A stretch of 64,000 bases of DNA from Ginglymostoma cirratum (lineage: Eukaryota): contig JAHRHZ010000084.1 in NCBI GenBank assembly GCA_024137785.1, positions 6,736,321 to 6,800,320 of the forward strand. The letters are read 5' to 3'. Position 1 is the first letter of the stretch, and the number at the start of each line of letters is the position of its first letter. The notes beneath the pieces are model-generated. The model was not told the DNA's origin. It did no database searches and was given only the letters and a program-made list of their open reading frames with translations. Shown here in pieces: positions 52,001-62,185 of this stretch. Made by a program: the position numbers and the translations under genes.

Positions 52001-55000
52001 TATTCCATAGAGTTTCACTCAAGAAGTGACCTCATTGAAAACTACAAAACACTTAAAAGGAATAGACAGTGTAGATGCAGGTAAGATGTTTCTCCTGGCA
52101 GGGGAGTCTAGAATCAGGAGATACAATTTAAAAATAAGGGAGATGCCACATAGGTCTGTGGTGAAGATAAACTTTTTTTTCTACTCAAGAGGTTGATTAT
52201 CCATGGAATTCTCAATCACAGAGGGCTGTGGAAGCCCAGTCTTTGAGTATGTAGACATTGAGAAATTTCTGAATCCCCACAGATGGTTATGGGGATGGGG
52301 TAGGGAGCTGTTCAGGAAAGTTAATATGCATCTTGTTCTCTGGTTCAGGTTGGAGGGACGAACTTGTTGATCTTTTTGATGTATTAGAGTCGTTATTTAA
52401 AAACCAACAGTTGTATGGAATGTTGATAAGACCACAATAAAGGAGGGGATGGGATATTCTAGATGTGAGAAGGAGAATAATAAAAGAATAAGGGACATGG
52501 GTTTATTTTCTGTGTGGCCACGTATGCATGGAGCTGCAAGTATAAATAACAATACATTATCGTATTGAAATGTCCAAAGAATATCCCATAAATAGACAAG
52601 GAAATTTTTGAACTGTCAAGATGCCTCTTGAAACGATCTGAGGATACTCTCCCCAAATGCATTTTTGTAATCAATAAGCTGTTGTTTGATTTACTTTGCA
52701 GTTTACTTGTGATGATTTTACAACAGAAATATATTGAGTAAAATTAATCTTTAAAATTGGTGAAAAATTGCATCACTGAGGATGGTAGTTGCAGTTGATA
52801 CACCAGGCCATCAGGCTTGATCAATTTCACCAAATTTTTCAAAATCACCAGCCCTGCACTTACAGCCTCTCAGGCATTTATGGTGAAAACGCTTCCAACC
52901 AAATGCAGTGAAGCCACAGCATGCTCAATTTCACAACTAAATAAGCATTGCTCTTACCTGGAATGCCAACAGTGTAATTGGCGCTAGTTGGATCCTGGAG
53001 GGTAGAGTGTGATACCTCACAGACATAAACAGTTCCAGTATGAACCGGCTGAGTTTCTACCAAATAACTGGTAACTTCATAAAGTCCCTCAGCATTCTTT
53101 GTTCTGGATGTCTTTATTCCCGTTCCAACATTTTGACCATCTTTACGCCAAGCAATAGTGTAATCATCAGGATAGAACGCAGATGTTTTACACATACATG
53201 TTAGAAAGCCGTTTGCAGAAAACTTTGGAATAATCTTCAGAGGATGTGGAGAAGCTATAGAAAAATTTAAAGAAAGATTTCTTAATTTCCAAGTTAGACT
53301 GCATTTACAGTATATTTCTTTGGGTAATGTTTAACATCAGTGTACTTGTTTTTTTACTTATTACCTGGTTCATAGAATCCTTTTTTGATACAATCGTGAT
53401 TTACTCTGTATTAATTTTAGAGCCTGGCTGTTGAGAAAATTCTGACATAACATTAAATAGAAATGTGGGGTATTTGCAACACGTTGTAGTGTAATAAGAC
53501 TGCATACAAAAATGTGGATTATACAAGAATTTACTGGATGAATATATTATTTGTTGGTTCAATCTCTGGTCAGCATTGGATTAATTAGTGCCATTTTTCA
53601 TGATAATAATTGGCTTAGGTTCAAGTCTGATATGCTCCAGAGATGTGTCATAACATCTCTGAACAAGTTGATTACAAATATCTCTGAGACTAAGTAGGGA
53701 AAATTAAATGAGCCATGTTTCAAATTGCTATCCAACGGTGCCTGTGAAAATGTTTACTGAGAATATCCACTCAACGTAATTGATTTTGTTGGAAATATTT
53801 TGTGAAATTCATTGTTCATGCTAACTGACAGGATACTTTAGCGCTATCTCTGCTCAACAGGAAAAGGAGAATGATAATCACTATGTCAGCTACTTGCATG
53901 GAGTACGTTAAATTTTATAAGACAAAATACTGCAGGGCTGAACGGGGAGGATACTGAGAGGTCCTATTGCAGAGACCTGGCACAAACATAAAGGCTGAAT
54001 GGCGAAGTATTATTCTGTAACCATCGTATGATTTAATTTTACATTTCTCAGTATTCTGGAATCAAGAATATAATTCTGACAATTTCCCCTGGAAAAGGTT
54101 TCAATAAAAATAATCATTGCTCGTTTCGAAATCTGGCACGTATTACTGCAGAAAAGATCCCAACAGAAGAACCAACATGACAAGTACAACACAGGAACAA
54201 TTTGTTTAGGGAAACTAGAACATGTGCATGTTTGCATTTCTTTTTGGTCATTTGTGTAACATGAGCATTTGGCCAGCATTTTCTGGTTGTTCTCAGTTGT
54301 TCTTGAGAAGGTGATGGTGAGCTGCCTTCTTGAACTGCTGCAGTCTATGAGCTGTAATTGGGCTGAAAGTGCCCTTTGGGAGATAACTTCAAGATTTTTC
54401 CCCAGTGGCAGTGAAATACGTTGCCAAGTCTAGATGGTGAGTGGCTTCAAGGGGAACTTGCAGATAGTACTGTTGCAGTTTACCTGCTGCCCTTATCTTT
54501 CTAGATAGTAGTGCAAATGGGTTCAGAAGGTGCTGTCTGAAGATCCTTGGCAAATTTATGCAGGACATCTTGTAGATAATCCAGTGTGAGCATTGTGATG
54601 GAGTTACTGAATGCTTACGGATGTGTTGCCAATCACGTAGGCCACTTTGCCCAGGCAAGTGGCGAGAATTCCATCATTTTGGAGAATCTGGAGGTGACTT
54701 ATTCTTTGCAGTATTCGTAGGCTCTGACCTGCTAACTAAACTAGAGATAAATAGCTTTAAAAGCAGGATGAAAAAGATGGACCTTGAATTTAAACATTTA
54801 ATTTGCTTTTAAATGGACACTGCATTTATCTATGCCTGACCTGATGTGGGACTGTTTGATGTTAGCACTGGGTGCCTGAATTGAAACATTGCCATCTTAT
54901 TCCGTTAACCTATAGGTGATTCATTTAATGCAATATTACGAAATGAGACAGTTAAATGGCAAATTTGCAACAATTTGGATTGACACAAAAGCTGTTGACA

Positions 55001-58000
55001 TCAGTATGATCAACAGCTGACTAAACTAACCATCCCTCAAGGAGACTAAGTTGCTGTGGCAACATGCACAGAGCTATGGCAGAGGCTGTAGGTTTCTCAC
55101 CTTCACCTGGATGTGTGATCAGACAGTTGAACAGGGATCTCTCTTGCTGTTACTTCTCTTACTGGTGTGTGTTGAATGAATTTATAAGTTGATGCTCATA
55201 CATTGCTTGCCATCAAGACATGGAGTGCAATTTGAACCAGAAGAATCTGGCTCAGAGGCAACAAAACTGCCATTGTACCATAACACTTCCAGAGAGGAAT
55301 CAGGGAAAGTAAATGTAGGCCCATTAGAAGCAGAAACAGGCGAAAGTATAACAGGGAATGAGGAAATGGCAGAAGCATTGAACAGATACAATGCATCTGT
55401 TTTCACAGCAGAAGACAAAACTAAAGGCTGCAAAAAGGGGCAACCAAATGCCCTGTAAAAACTAGAAAATTAAAAGAAATCCATATCAGTAGAAAATCTA
55501 ATGGGACTAAGAGGTCATTAGTCCTCTGTTCCTGAAAAATCTGTATCATAAAGTTTTAAAAGGGGTAGCAGCAGAGATCATTGGTGCATTATTTTTATTT
55601 CCAGAATTCCTTAGATTAAATATAATTCATAAGAATCAATAGGTAGCTGACATAAACTCTATTACTTAACAAAGGGGTAAGGGCTAAAACCGGAACTGTG
55701 GGCCAAATAATTGAGTATTCATAGGTAAATGCTAGATGTTATTGTTAGAGGCAGGGTAACAGAGCTCTTAGAAAATCATATGATTAAGCAAAGTTGACAT
55801 GAAATGAAACAGTTTCTGTTAGGATCTTTTTGAGGATGTAACTGCAAAGATTGTTCAGGTCGTTGGATTTTTTTTTTGTTCTGAGGTTTCCAAAATGTAT
55901 TCAATAAGGTTATGAAACAAAGTTAGTATTCATAAGATTTGATGTCACATATTAGCATGGATTGAGAGCAAGTGAAAGACAATGTGAAAAGGGAAGTTAT
56001 TCCCTTGGTAGTTATTCCGCTAGCCTGAAGTGCAGTGTAGTTTTGGTCTCCTTACTTAAACAAGGACATGAAGGTTCACAACAGAAGAAGGGAATTGTCC
56101 TTTGATGAGGTTGAGTTGGCTCATCTGTTACTGTCTAGAATTGGGAAGACTGAGAGTTGGTTTAACTGGAACATGCAAAATATTTTGAAGAGGGTGCCCA
56201 GGATAGAAAGTGTTCCTCCTGTCTGAGGTCTATGAACAAAGGTCAACCATTTTGGAATCCTAGGGGCAGTGGATGTTGAATGTGGTCAAGATTGAGATCA
56301 ATAATCTCGGGGTACCAAGGGAGTAAATGGATATTGGGTCCAGGAATGAAACGATTAGTGATATTCTGTGTGAAGGTGCCTTTGGTGCATATCAGTCAGG
56401 ATATTGTTGAATATTAGAGTAGTCTTGACGGGTCAACCACCAGCTTCTACTTCTTAACGTCCTTGTTTTTAACATGGTCTAGCCGTGAGCCGAACGGCCT
56501 ATTTCACTGTTCCATCTATGGAAAATCTATGCTATAAATATTTCACATTCAGCAATGTAAAACATTTTTATATTCTACCATAACTTGCAGCCATGGGCTA
56601 GAGACTAACAACAAGGTTAACTGCAGAGTCTGCCAGTTCTTCACATTTCAAACTGCCGATAAAACCCAAAAATGAAGTCAGTGATTGGATTAAACTCATC
56701 ACATCCCACATTCATAACGAAGGTTAGATTTCGGGCAGGTTAGCCTCAAGCCACTGACCTGACTGCATTCTAAGCCACACCAACATCACAGCTTATAATG
56801 GAAGCGAGATTTTACTTTTTAGAAAAACCTGGTTGTTAGCTTAGATAATAAATTATAGGGCACGGGGAGGACCGCAAATAGCCAGTCTGACGGCTGATTC
56901 GAACGACGTTAAAAAGTTACAAGGTCCTAAAATCAGACCTTGCGTTTTCTTACCCGATTGTTATCTACTCGTTTGAACTGTTCCTCTGGAGTTAGGTTAA
57001 GCTTTGAAACGCTAATGTAAAGCGAGTAGCTGGGCTTGAATCCTCTGAATTGTTGACGATTTGGGAGGAACATGCATTTGACATGAAATTGAATCGTTAA
57101 ACATTTTTGCCATTTAGAAACTAAATATTCTGTTTTGAAAGTTATGGCTTCTTACTTTCAGGGGTTCGGATTGTTGTTATCTAGATTTGAGACCGATCTG
57201 CATTTCACTTAGAGCACGGGCAGACATGCTCAGACATGGTTAAAAAGCTTTTCAAATAAATAAAACAAAGGACAGCGGATGAACATCTGAAACAAAAGCA
57301 GAATTGTTGGCGAAACTCTGGCAGGCATTTGTGGAGACAAAGTACAGCTAACGTTTCCAGTCCAGTGACCCTCCTTCAGAACTGACGCCTTTCGTACCAT
57401 TTTTATGCGGGGCGACTCGCCCGCTCTTAACCATCGCTCCCGAAATAATAGCCGCAGCTTCAGCACGGCTCAAATGGCGTTCATATGACTACGTTTTGGG
57501 AATGCAGTTCTGTGATGTTCAATCTTGGAACTTCAGTATTTCCTAATGTGATTGTTGCAATATAAGGGTTTGGGCAGTCATAGAGTCATAGGGATGTACA
57601 GCACGGAAACAGACCTTATGTCCAACTCGTCCATGCTGACCAGATATCCTAAATTAATCTAGTCCCATTTGCCAGCATTTGGCTCATATCCCTCTAAACT
57701 TGTCCTATTCACATACCCATCAAGGTGCCATTTAAAATGTTGTAATTGTACCAGCTTTCACCACTTCCCCAGCAGATAATTCTATACATGCACCACCCTT
57801 TGCGTGTAAAAGTTGTCCCTTCCGTCCTTTTAAAATCTCTCTCGTCACTTTTACTGTGATTTGTAACTTGGCGCATGATCCAACATGGTTCATTTTACAC
57901 AGAGGCAAACAATTCAGTTACTACGTGTACAGCCAACATGTAATAGCGCTTCAGCGTGCGCAATTCGCGTCTCTGCCAAATTGTATTATCGTTGAGATTA

Positions 58001-60298
58001 TCCGTTTAATACAACCGCACCAATTCAGAATCACTTCCAGCGGCCCTCAACTGTTATTGCGAATTAGCTGCTGTTTCTTCAATAATTCGCAATAACAGTT
58101 AAGGGCCGCTAGAAGAGATTCTGAATTAGTGCGGTGGTGTTAAACGGATAATCTCAACGATAATACAATTTGGCAGATACGCGAATTGCGCACACAGAAT
58201 CGCTATTATATTTTGGCGTACGAACAGTAAATGAATTGTTATCCTCTGTGTAAAATAGACTACGTCGGACCCTGTGACAAGTTATAAATCTCGGTTTAAA
58301 AGCAAATGAAGTCAAGACAGAAGTGCCGCAGATAAAATCAACATCGTGGGTCCCTGCTGTTCAAGAGTCAAGCTGTGACTCAGGTTGGCGGAATACCATA
58401 ATCTGACTGCAATTACTTTTAAACTCCTTCATATTTCCGAGTGCGATTATACTGCATTCGGGAGAATAATGTTGCGGACTAGCTGGAGTAACTCGTTAAA
58501 AAAAAACAATCATTTCGGTCCAGAGATCCTACCACAGAGAAACGAAAACCTCAACTTGTTTCTACGGTCAGGATTAGAAAAGCTCTCCACGGTATTCTAT
58601 AAACTCAAACATTCTTCACCTTCCCATGCTCATGTTATTCATACCGTTTAAAAAACAACCGGCTTAAATAATAGCCCCAGAATTTCTTCAATAAATCCTG
58701 GACAAGAACCGTAATTTCTTTTTCACTATTTCACGTTTATCGAGCGCGAGATTCTTTCTCTCTCACTTGTAGAAGGATGAGGATGTAACTCAACACGGGC
58801 TGATTTATCTAAACCGCCAATGTACATAAAATGGTGCAGCTTTCCTTGCAAAAATGATTGAAGGTTAGTCGGTAGAAGTTTTTTCAAAAAATTTCGACCC
58901 GCAGACATCTAGCTTTGGTGTTGGCAAGTCCGCAGTTTTAATTTCGGAAATTCCCCGACAAAGGGTTAGCAATGAAGTGGTTGAACTGCGTCCGAAACTC
59001 GCAGATGTCATTACCGTGTAGAGGGAGGTCGAGAATAAGTTAGAGATTTCACTGGATGGAAGGTGAACGATAATGAGAAACTCAGTTCACGATAACGATG
59101 CAAAATGTAACATCAGAGCAGATTGCGAAATGTGTATTTTGAAAAATGTATTTGACTTCCGGCAGTAAAAGATTTCGAAATCGCAGCTAAAACAGAAGCG
59201 TGCTGTCGCTACTCTCCCCTTGCTGTACCCCACTGACAAATGCCGAATATTCAGTTTTCGGCTCTGAATTTTCAGCAACAAGAGCGCATACTTCCCGCGG
59301 CCAGTGAGTAATGTTGGTTAAAGCTGCACCCAAGTTGTTCCATTTTCCCGGATACGAAAGCTTGTTGCACACTGGGTGTTCAATCAAACATCTGCATTGA
59401 ATCATAGAATCCTTACATTGTGGGTAAAACGCGTTTTAACCCATCGAGTCTGCACAGACCCTCTAAGGAGCATCGCAACCAAACCCAGGACCGACCTGTA
59501 ACCCTGTATTTACCATTGCCAAGCCACCTAACCTACACACATTTGGACTCTGAATCTACGCTACAGGAGAGAAAATGCCCATTATTTGCATTATCCTTCC
59601 CAGCCGTCCTCTCGTTTCAACTTTCCTGTCCCTCTAACTGCCGTGTATTCCACGTTGCTGAGAGTGATTACTCACCGTTTACATTCAGCCGTTGGCCAGT
59701 TCCATTTCCAGTATATTCACCCTGCACCCTGCAATAATAGACGCCAGCGTCTCCGAAACGCACATTGTGAATGCGCAGAATGGCGCTGGCTTTGCTGTCA
59801 ATCTGGAACTGTCTCCTCGAATCCTGTTTCGAGCTCAAGAATTCGCGGTCGCCCTCTTTCCACCAGTGCACCGTGATTTGGTTTGGATCTCGGAAGAGCG
59901 GGAACGAGCAGTAAAATGTCACTGTCTGTCCTACGATCGGATCGGACGGTGTCAGAAATTGAGACACTTTAGCGGCCGCTGTCGCGAAAACAAACAAAAA
60001 CACCAAACGTTTATTTACAGGAGGGCGGCGGCGAGGGGAAAACTTGTAGCAGCAAATAAGGAAACAACTAGGGCTCAGCAGCGGCGCTTATGATTGCTTA
60101 GAAATTTTTTTTTCGAAAGGCTAGAAATTCCATAAAGAACATGTATTTACAATTTATGGCTTAAGTTGTTACAAGTCATGCCCGTACATAGAAAAAGTTG
60201 TAAACTGTACACGCGAAATAATCTACGTAGCAACCACTGAATTGAAGACACTTACCTGTACAAGAAAGGATCAGGACGAGCACAGGGCGAAGTTCCAT
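39894..60298 (-). CDS. Five-exon IgSF receptor gene, leader-V(J)-C1-TM-cytoplasmic, 320 aa (exons 60298-60256, 59978-59676, 53254-52958, 49643-49527, 40096-39894)
   Basis: All introns are GT-AG and phase 1. Exon lengths 43+303+297+117+203 = 963 nt give one open frame ending in TGA. Domain hallmarks are listed under the individual exons. Confidence 0.88.
40690..40900. repeat. Palindromic short element (ctggcagcatctgtggagagagaaacagagttaa family)
   Basis: Inverted arms. Same family as 26360-26530, 36380-36560, 47560-47795 and 57270-57385. Confidence 0.7.
41060..41265. mobile_element. Palindromic Penelope-derived element with hammerhead-like cores on both strands
   Basis: Plus 41183-41211 CTGATGA...GAAAGCTT; minus 41141-41169 CTGACGA...GAAAGCTT. 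Confidence 0.75.
41485..42180. mobile_element. Young Penelope-type element with inverted termini spanning the assembly gap
   Basis: 41520-41663 is the reverse complement of about 42030-42175. Hammerhead cores at 41588-41615 (-) and about 42079-42106 (+). Confidence 0.8.
41664..41763. other. Assembly gap (100 N)
   Basis: Run of n characters. Confidence 1.
44040..44540 (-). mobile_element. Degenerate CR1 3' end
   Basis: ataggagcaggagtag...cctgctccagcattcaata-type CR1 3' UTR. Confidence 0.65.
46285..46495. repeat. Palindromic Penelope-derived short element with target-site duplication
   Basis: ctgcatctagacttc occurs on both flanks (~46270 and ~46495), with inverted arms. Confidence 0.75.
47235..49440 (-). 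mobile_element. Degenerate CR1 LINE with nested palindromic element (47560-47795) and a captured local duplication (48752-49085)
   Basis: ORFs 47858-48085 (LYRTLVRPLLE) and 48292-48492 (PQGLLLGPLLF). Confidence 0.88.
48752..49085 (+). repeat. Direct repeat copy 1 (partner 50170-50528)
   Basis: Shared aatgatactgctggaaaactgcatttgc ... ccaacagtaaattttcttaacacatacta ... atctatcctgctt. Confidence 0.9.
49527..49643 (-). CDS. Exon 4, transmembrane exon DPSFSESLLPWWIYICVAISSFLLIIIVVVICCKCCKRK
   Basis: Strong polypyrimidine acceptor (ttttctttttgtgtgtttcttgcAG), 117 nt, about 22 hydrophobic residues then a Cys/basic stop-transfer, donor AAG|GTAAGT. Confidence 0.92.
50170..50528 (+). repeat. Direct repeat copy 2 (partner 48752-49085)
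   Basis: As for copy 1. Confidence 0.9.
51130..52290 (+). mobile_element. Old degenerate CR1 LINE
   Basis: aaatttgcagataatacaaagcta (KFADNTKL) followed by downstream CR1 motifs. Confidence 0.75.
52958..53254 (-). CDS. Exon 3, Ig C1-set domain
   Basis: ASPHPLKII...LTCMCKTSAFYPDDYTIAWRKDG...NAEGLYEVTSYL...YVCEVSHSTL shows the C1-set FYP, Trp, GxY and YxCxVxH motifs. Acceptor tttttctatAG, donor CAG|GTAAGA. Confidence 0.95.
55300..56530 (+). mobile_element. Old degenerate CR1 LINE
   Basis: KVNVGPLE..TGE.ITGNEEMAEALN motif typical of CR1 ORF2. Confidence 0.7.
57577..57842 (-). mobile_element. CR1 3'-end fragment
   Basis: (gtcataga)n tail and 3' UTR matching the reverse complement of about 10270-10530. 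Confidence 0.85.
57850..58299. repeat. Long near-perfect inverted repeat / hairpin (arms ~217 bp, 16-nt loop 58067-58082) in the V-C1 intron
   Basis: 57850-58066 is the reverse complement of 58083-58299. The inner ~110 bp have about 7 mismatches. Confidence 0.95.
59398..59555 (-). mobile_element. Partial HE1-like SINE
   Basis: catagaatcc tail and cacctaacctacacacatttggac core, reverse orientation. Confidence 0.65.
59676..59978 (-). CDS. Exon 2, Ig V-set domain with germline J-like G strand
   Basis: AAAKVSQ...GQTVTFYC...VHWWK...LRIHNVRFGDAGVYYCRVQGEYTGNGTGQRLNVN shows the B-strand Cys, C-strand Trp, DxGxYYC and GxGT motifs. Acceptor ttttcgcgacAG, donor ACG|GTGAGT. Confidence 0.95.
60256..60298 (-). 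CDS. Exon 1, signal peptide MELRPVLVLILSCT(A)
   Basis: ATG in GAGGAATGG context, hydrophobic core, donor CAG|GTAAGT. Continues into AAA-KVSQ (plausible cleavage site) in the V exon. Confidence 0.85.
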
Positions 60299-61879
60299 TC
60301 CTCGGGACGTGATGATATATGGAACAGAGGCCCAACTGAGTACCTGACCCCCAACTGGTTTGAGCGGGATGGCAGGGCGAGGGTGGTCACTTCGTTTTTT
60401 TTCCACTCTCTTAAGCTCATGTGAAGTGCAATCGTTCAGTGTCACGCTTGCAGTCTTGCGGTTTCAGTACTGTTTTGGTAGGCAAGGTCTACAAACCACG
60501 ACGTGTATTTGAAACAGAAATAACCGATGGTTTCGTTTCGTACCAAGCGTTGAAAACTTTTTATCTGAAGCAGAAATCAAAAGTCATATCCATATGAGAC
60601 GGCAATATGTGTCTGTGGGGCGTTCTGACAAAGTTGAGGGAGCGAACTGTAACGTCCAGTCAGTTTCCTCTACTCTAGAGTGTGATATGCTACCTCCAGA
60701 CACAGACCTACAAGGTTAATGCTTCACAAAAGCTTCAAGCACTAGAGAATCCCCAACCCCACCCAACTTGGCGCTTCCTCAATACCCACTAACTTTATCT
60801 GCAAACGCCACCTCACCCTCTGGCAATTGGCCTCCAGCTATCTCAAGGTGGAGGGATTAAAAGTGGACCTCGCAAAACATTCAAGCAACCCTCTCATCAA
60901 ATACCTACACACGCCCGTTTTCCTGTCTCACCAACCTGCCGCAAGCCAAAAAGGAGAAAATAGTTTGATTTGCTGATTGGAACGGAAGTAATTCCCACAA
61001 TAGTAGTTGTTCAGGGACGTTTTTACTCAGACTTAACACTCACCATCTTTTACATTCACTGTTTCAGTGCCTTGTATAATGCATAGCACCAGAAACATGT
61101 CATTAGGGCGAACCAGCCCACACATTTATGCTCCGTACAAGCCTTCCAAACCCATTGAAATAAAATGCTCTTGCATTTTCCTTCATACATTTAATAAGTT
61201 TTCCTCTAAAATGTGTCCATTCCATTCGCCTCAACTCCACTGTGGTCGCAAATTATGGACTCCACTCTCTAGATAAAGAAGTTTTTCCTGAGTTACCTGT
61301 CGGAGTTAGCATTCAGGGTCTCATATTTACGCCCTCGAGACCAACTCGCCCCACAAGTGGCAATGTCTTCTGAAACAGCCTTAATCTTATTGATTTTAAT
61401 CATTCACCAGACTTCACAAAAGTTGTTTGATCCAAGGACAGGAATTCCGTGAAATGTGAGGCGCGCCCTCAATAAGCAGAAACGTGAGGAATCACTGTCG
61501 CCAAAATTGAACCGGAAGAGAAATCTCTCAAGTGATGAAATGAGCGAGAACCATAATAAAATGAACTAGGTTTAACAATTACAGGATTTCGTACCATGAA
61601 ACGTCTGTAAATTTTCAACCAATCCCAATAAAACCAAGCGGTGAAACATGATACTGACCTTTTCTTTCCAGGTCCTTACAACCATTTCCGGTATCCCCTG
61701 CAATCTCGACTTGTCTCTCGTATCCATCAATTGCATTTCTCATTTTAGTTTTTGTACAACTTTGAGTGAGATGTTGAGATTATCAGACCCTGCTGACTGT
61801 ATGTTAGGACAGAATATTGGAATCCTAATCCTATGTCCCTTAGTATTTAGTCTTCCAATATCAAAGCCTTTCTTAGCCA

Positions 61880-62185
61880 AGGCAGTCCATGGTCATCATT
61901 CACTCGAGCAGAAGCGAAATGGGAATCTTTGAACGTTCCCAGCTCTCCAAGATTGCTCTGAAGTACTCCAGCTATTGAATAATTATTTCCCGAATACTGC
62001 CAAAAGCGCCGGTTGGGGGTACAAAAACGTTTCTTCACCAAGTTTCTTCCTTATGTTATATATCCGTTAAAGAAATTTCGCAAAAGGGAAAATTAGGCTG
62101 TTTTAGTGGGGCGGTTGAAGGTTGCATGGCGAAGCCTAGTGGAATCGGATCTTACCAAAGTTGGCAATTCTTACCACTTAAATCT
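61880..62185 (-). pseudogene. Possible heavily decayed V exon paralog
   Basis: Frame-broken fragments ATFN(R).. / FSLLRN.. / KLGEETFL / TFKDS..FC.RV occur in the same order and roughly the same spacing as VTFYCSFPLFRD / KEGDREFL / RFGDAGVYYCRV of the intact V exon. Confidence 0.3.

Larger units (their letters stand above)
58700..60620. promoter_or_regulatory. CpG-rich promoter / first-exon region of the V-C1 gene
   Basis: Visibly many CG dinucleotides compared with the CpG-depleted flanks. Contains GAAACAGAAA (60511-60520) and TTTCGTTTC (60531-60539) IRF-like motifs and a kB-type site at 58946-58955. Confidence 0.55.

Noticed and set aside
57850-58299. Strand-biased G-U wobble pattern implying selection on the minus-strand RNA hairpin
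   Set aside because: The innermost mismatches favour the minus strand, but outer ones are mixed and too few to support the claim.
53255-59675. Recombination signal sequences or separate J segments indicating a rearranging Ig/TCR locus
   Set aside because: The V exon already includes its G strand and ends in a splice donor. The CACAGTG heptamers I checked elsewhere (~28838, ~40340, ~50991) lack a nonamer at 12-bp spacing, and I noticed no nonamer near them.
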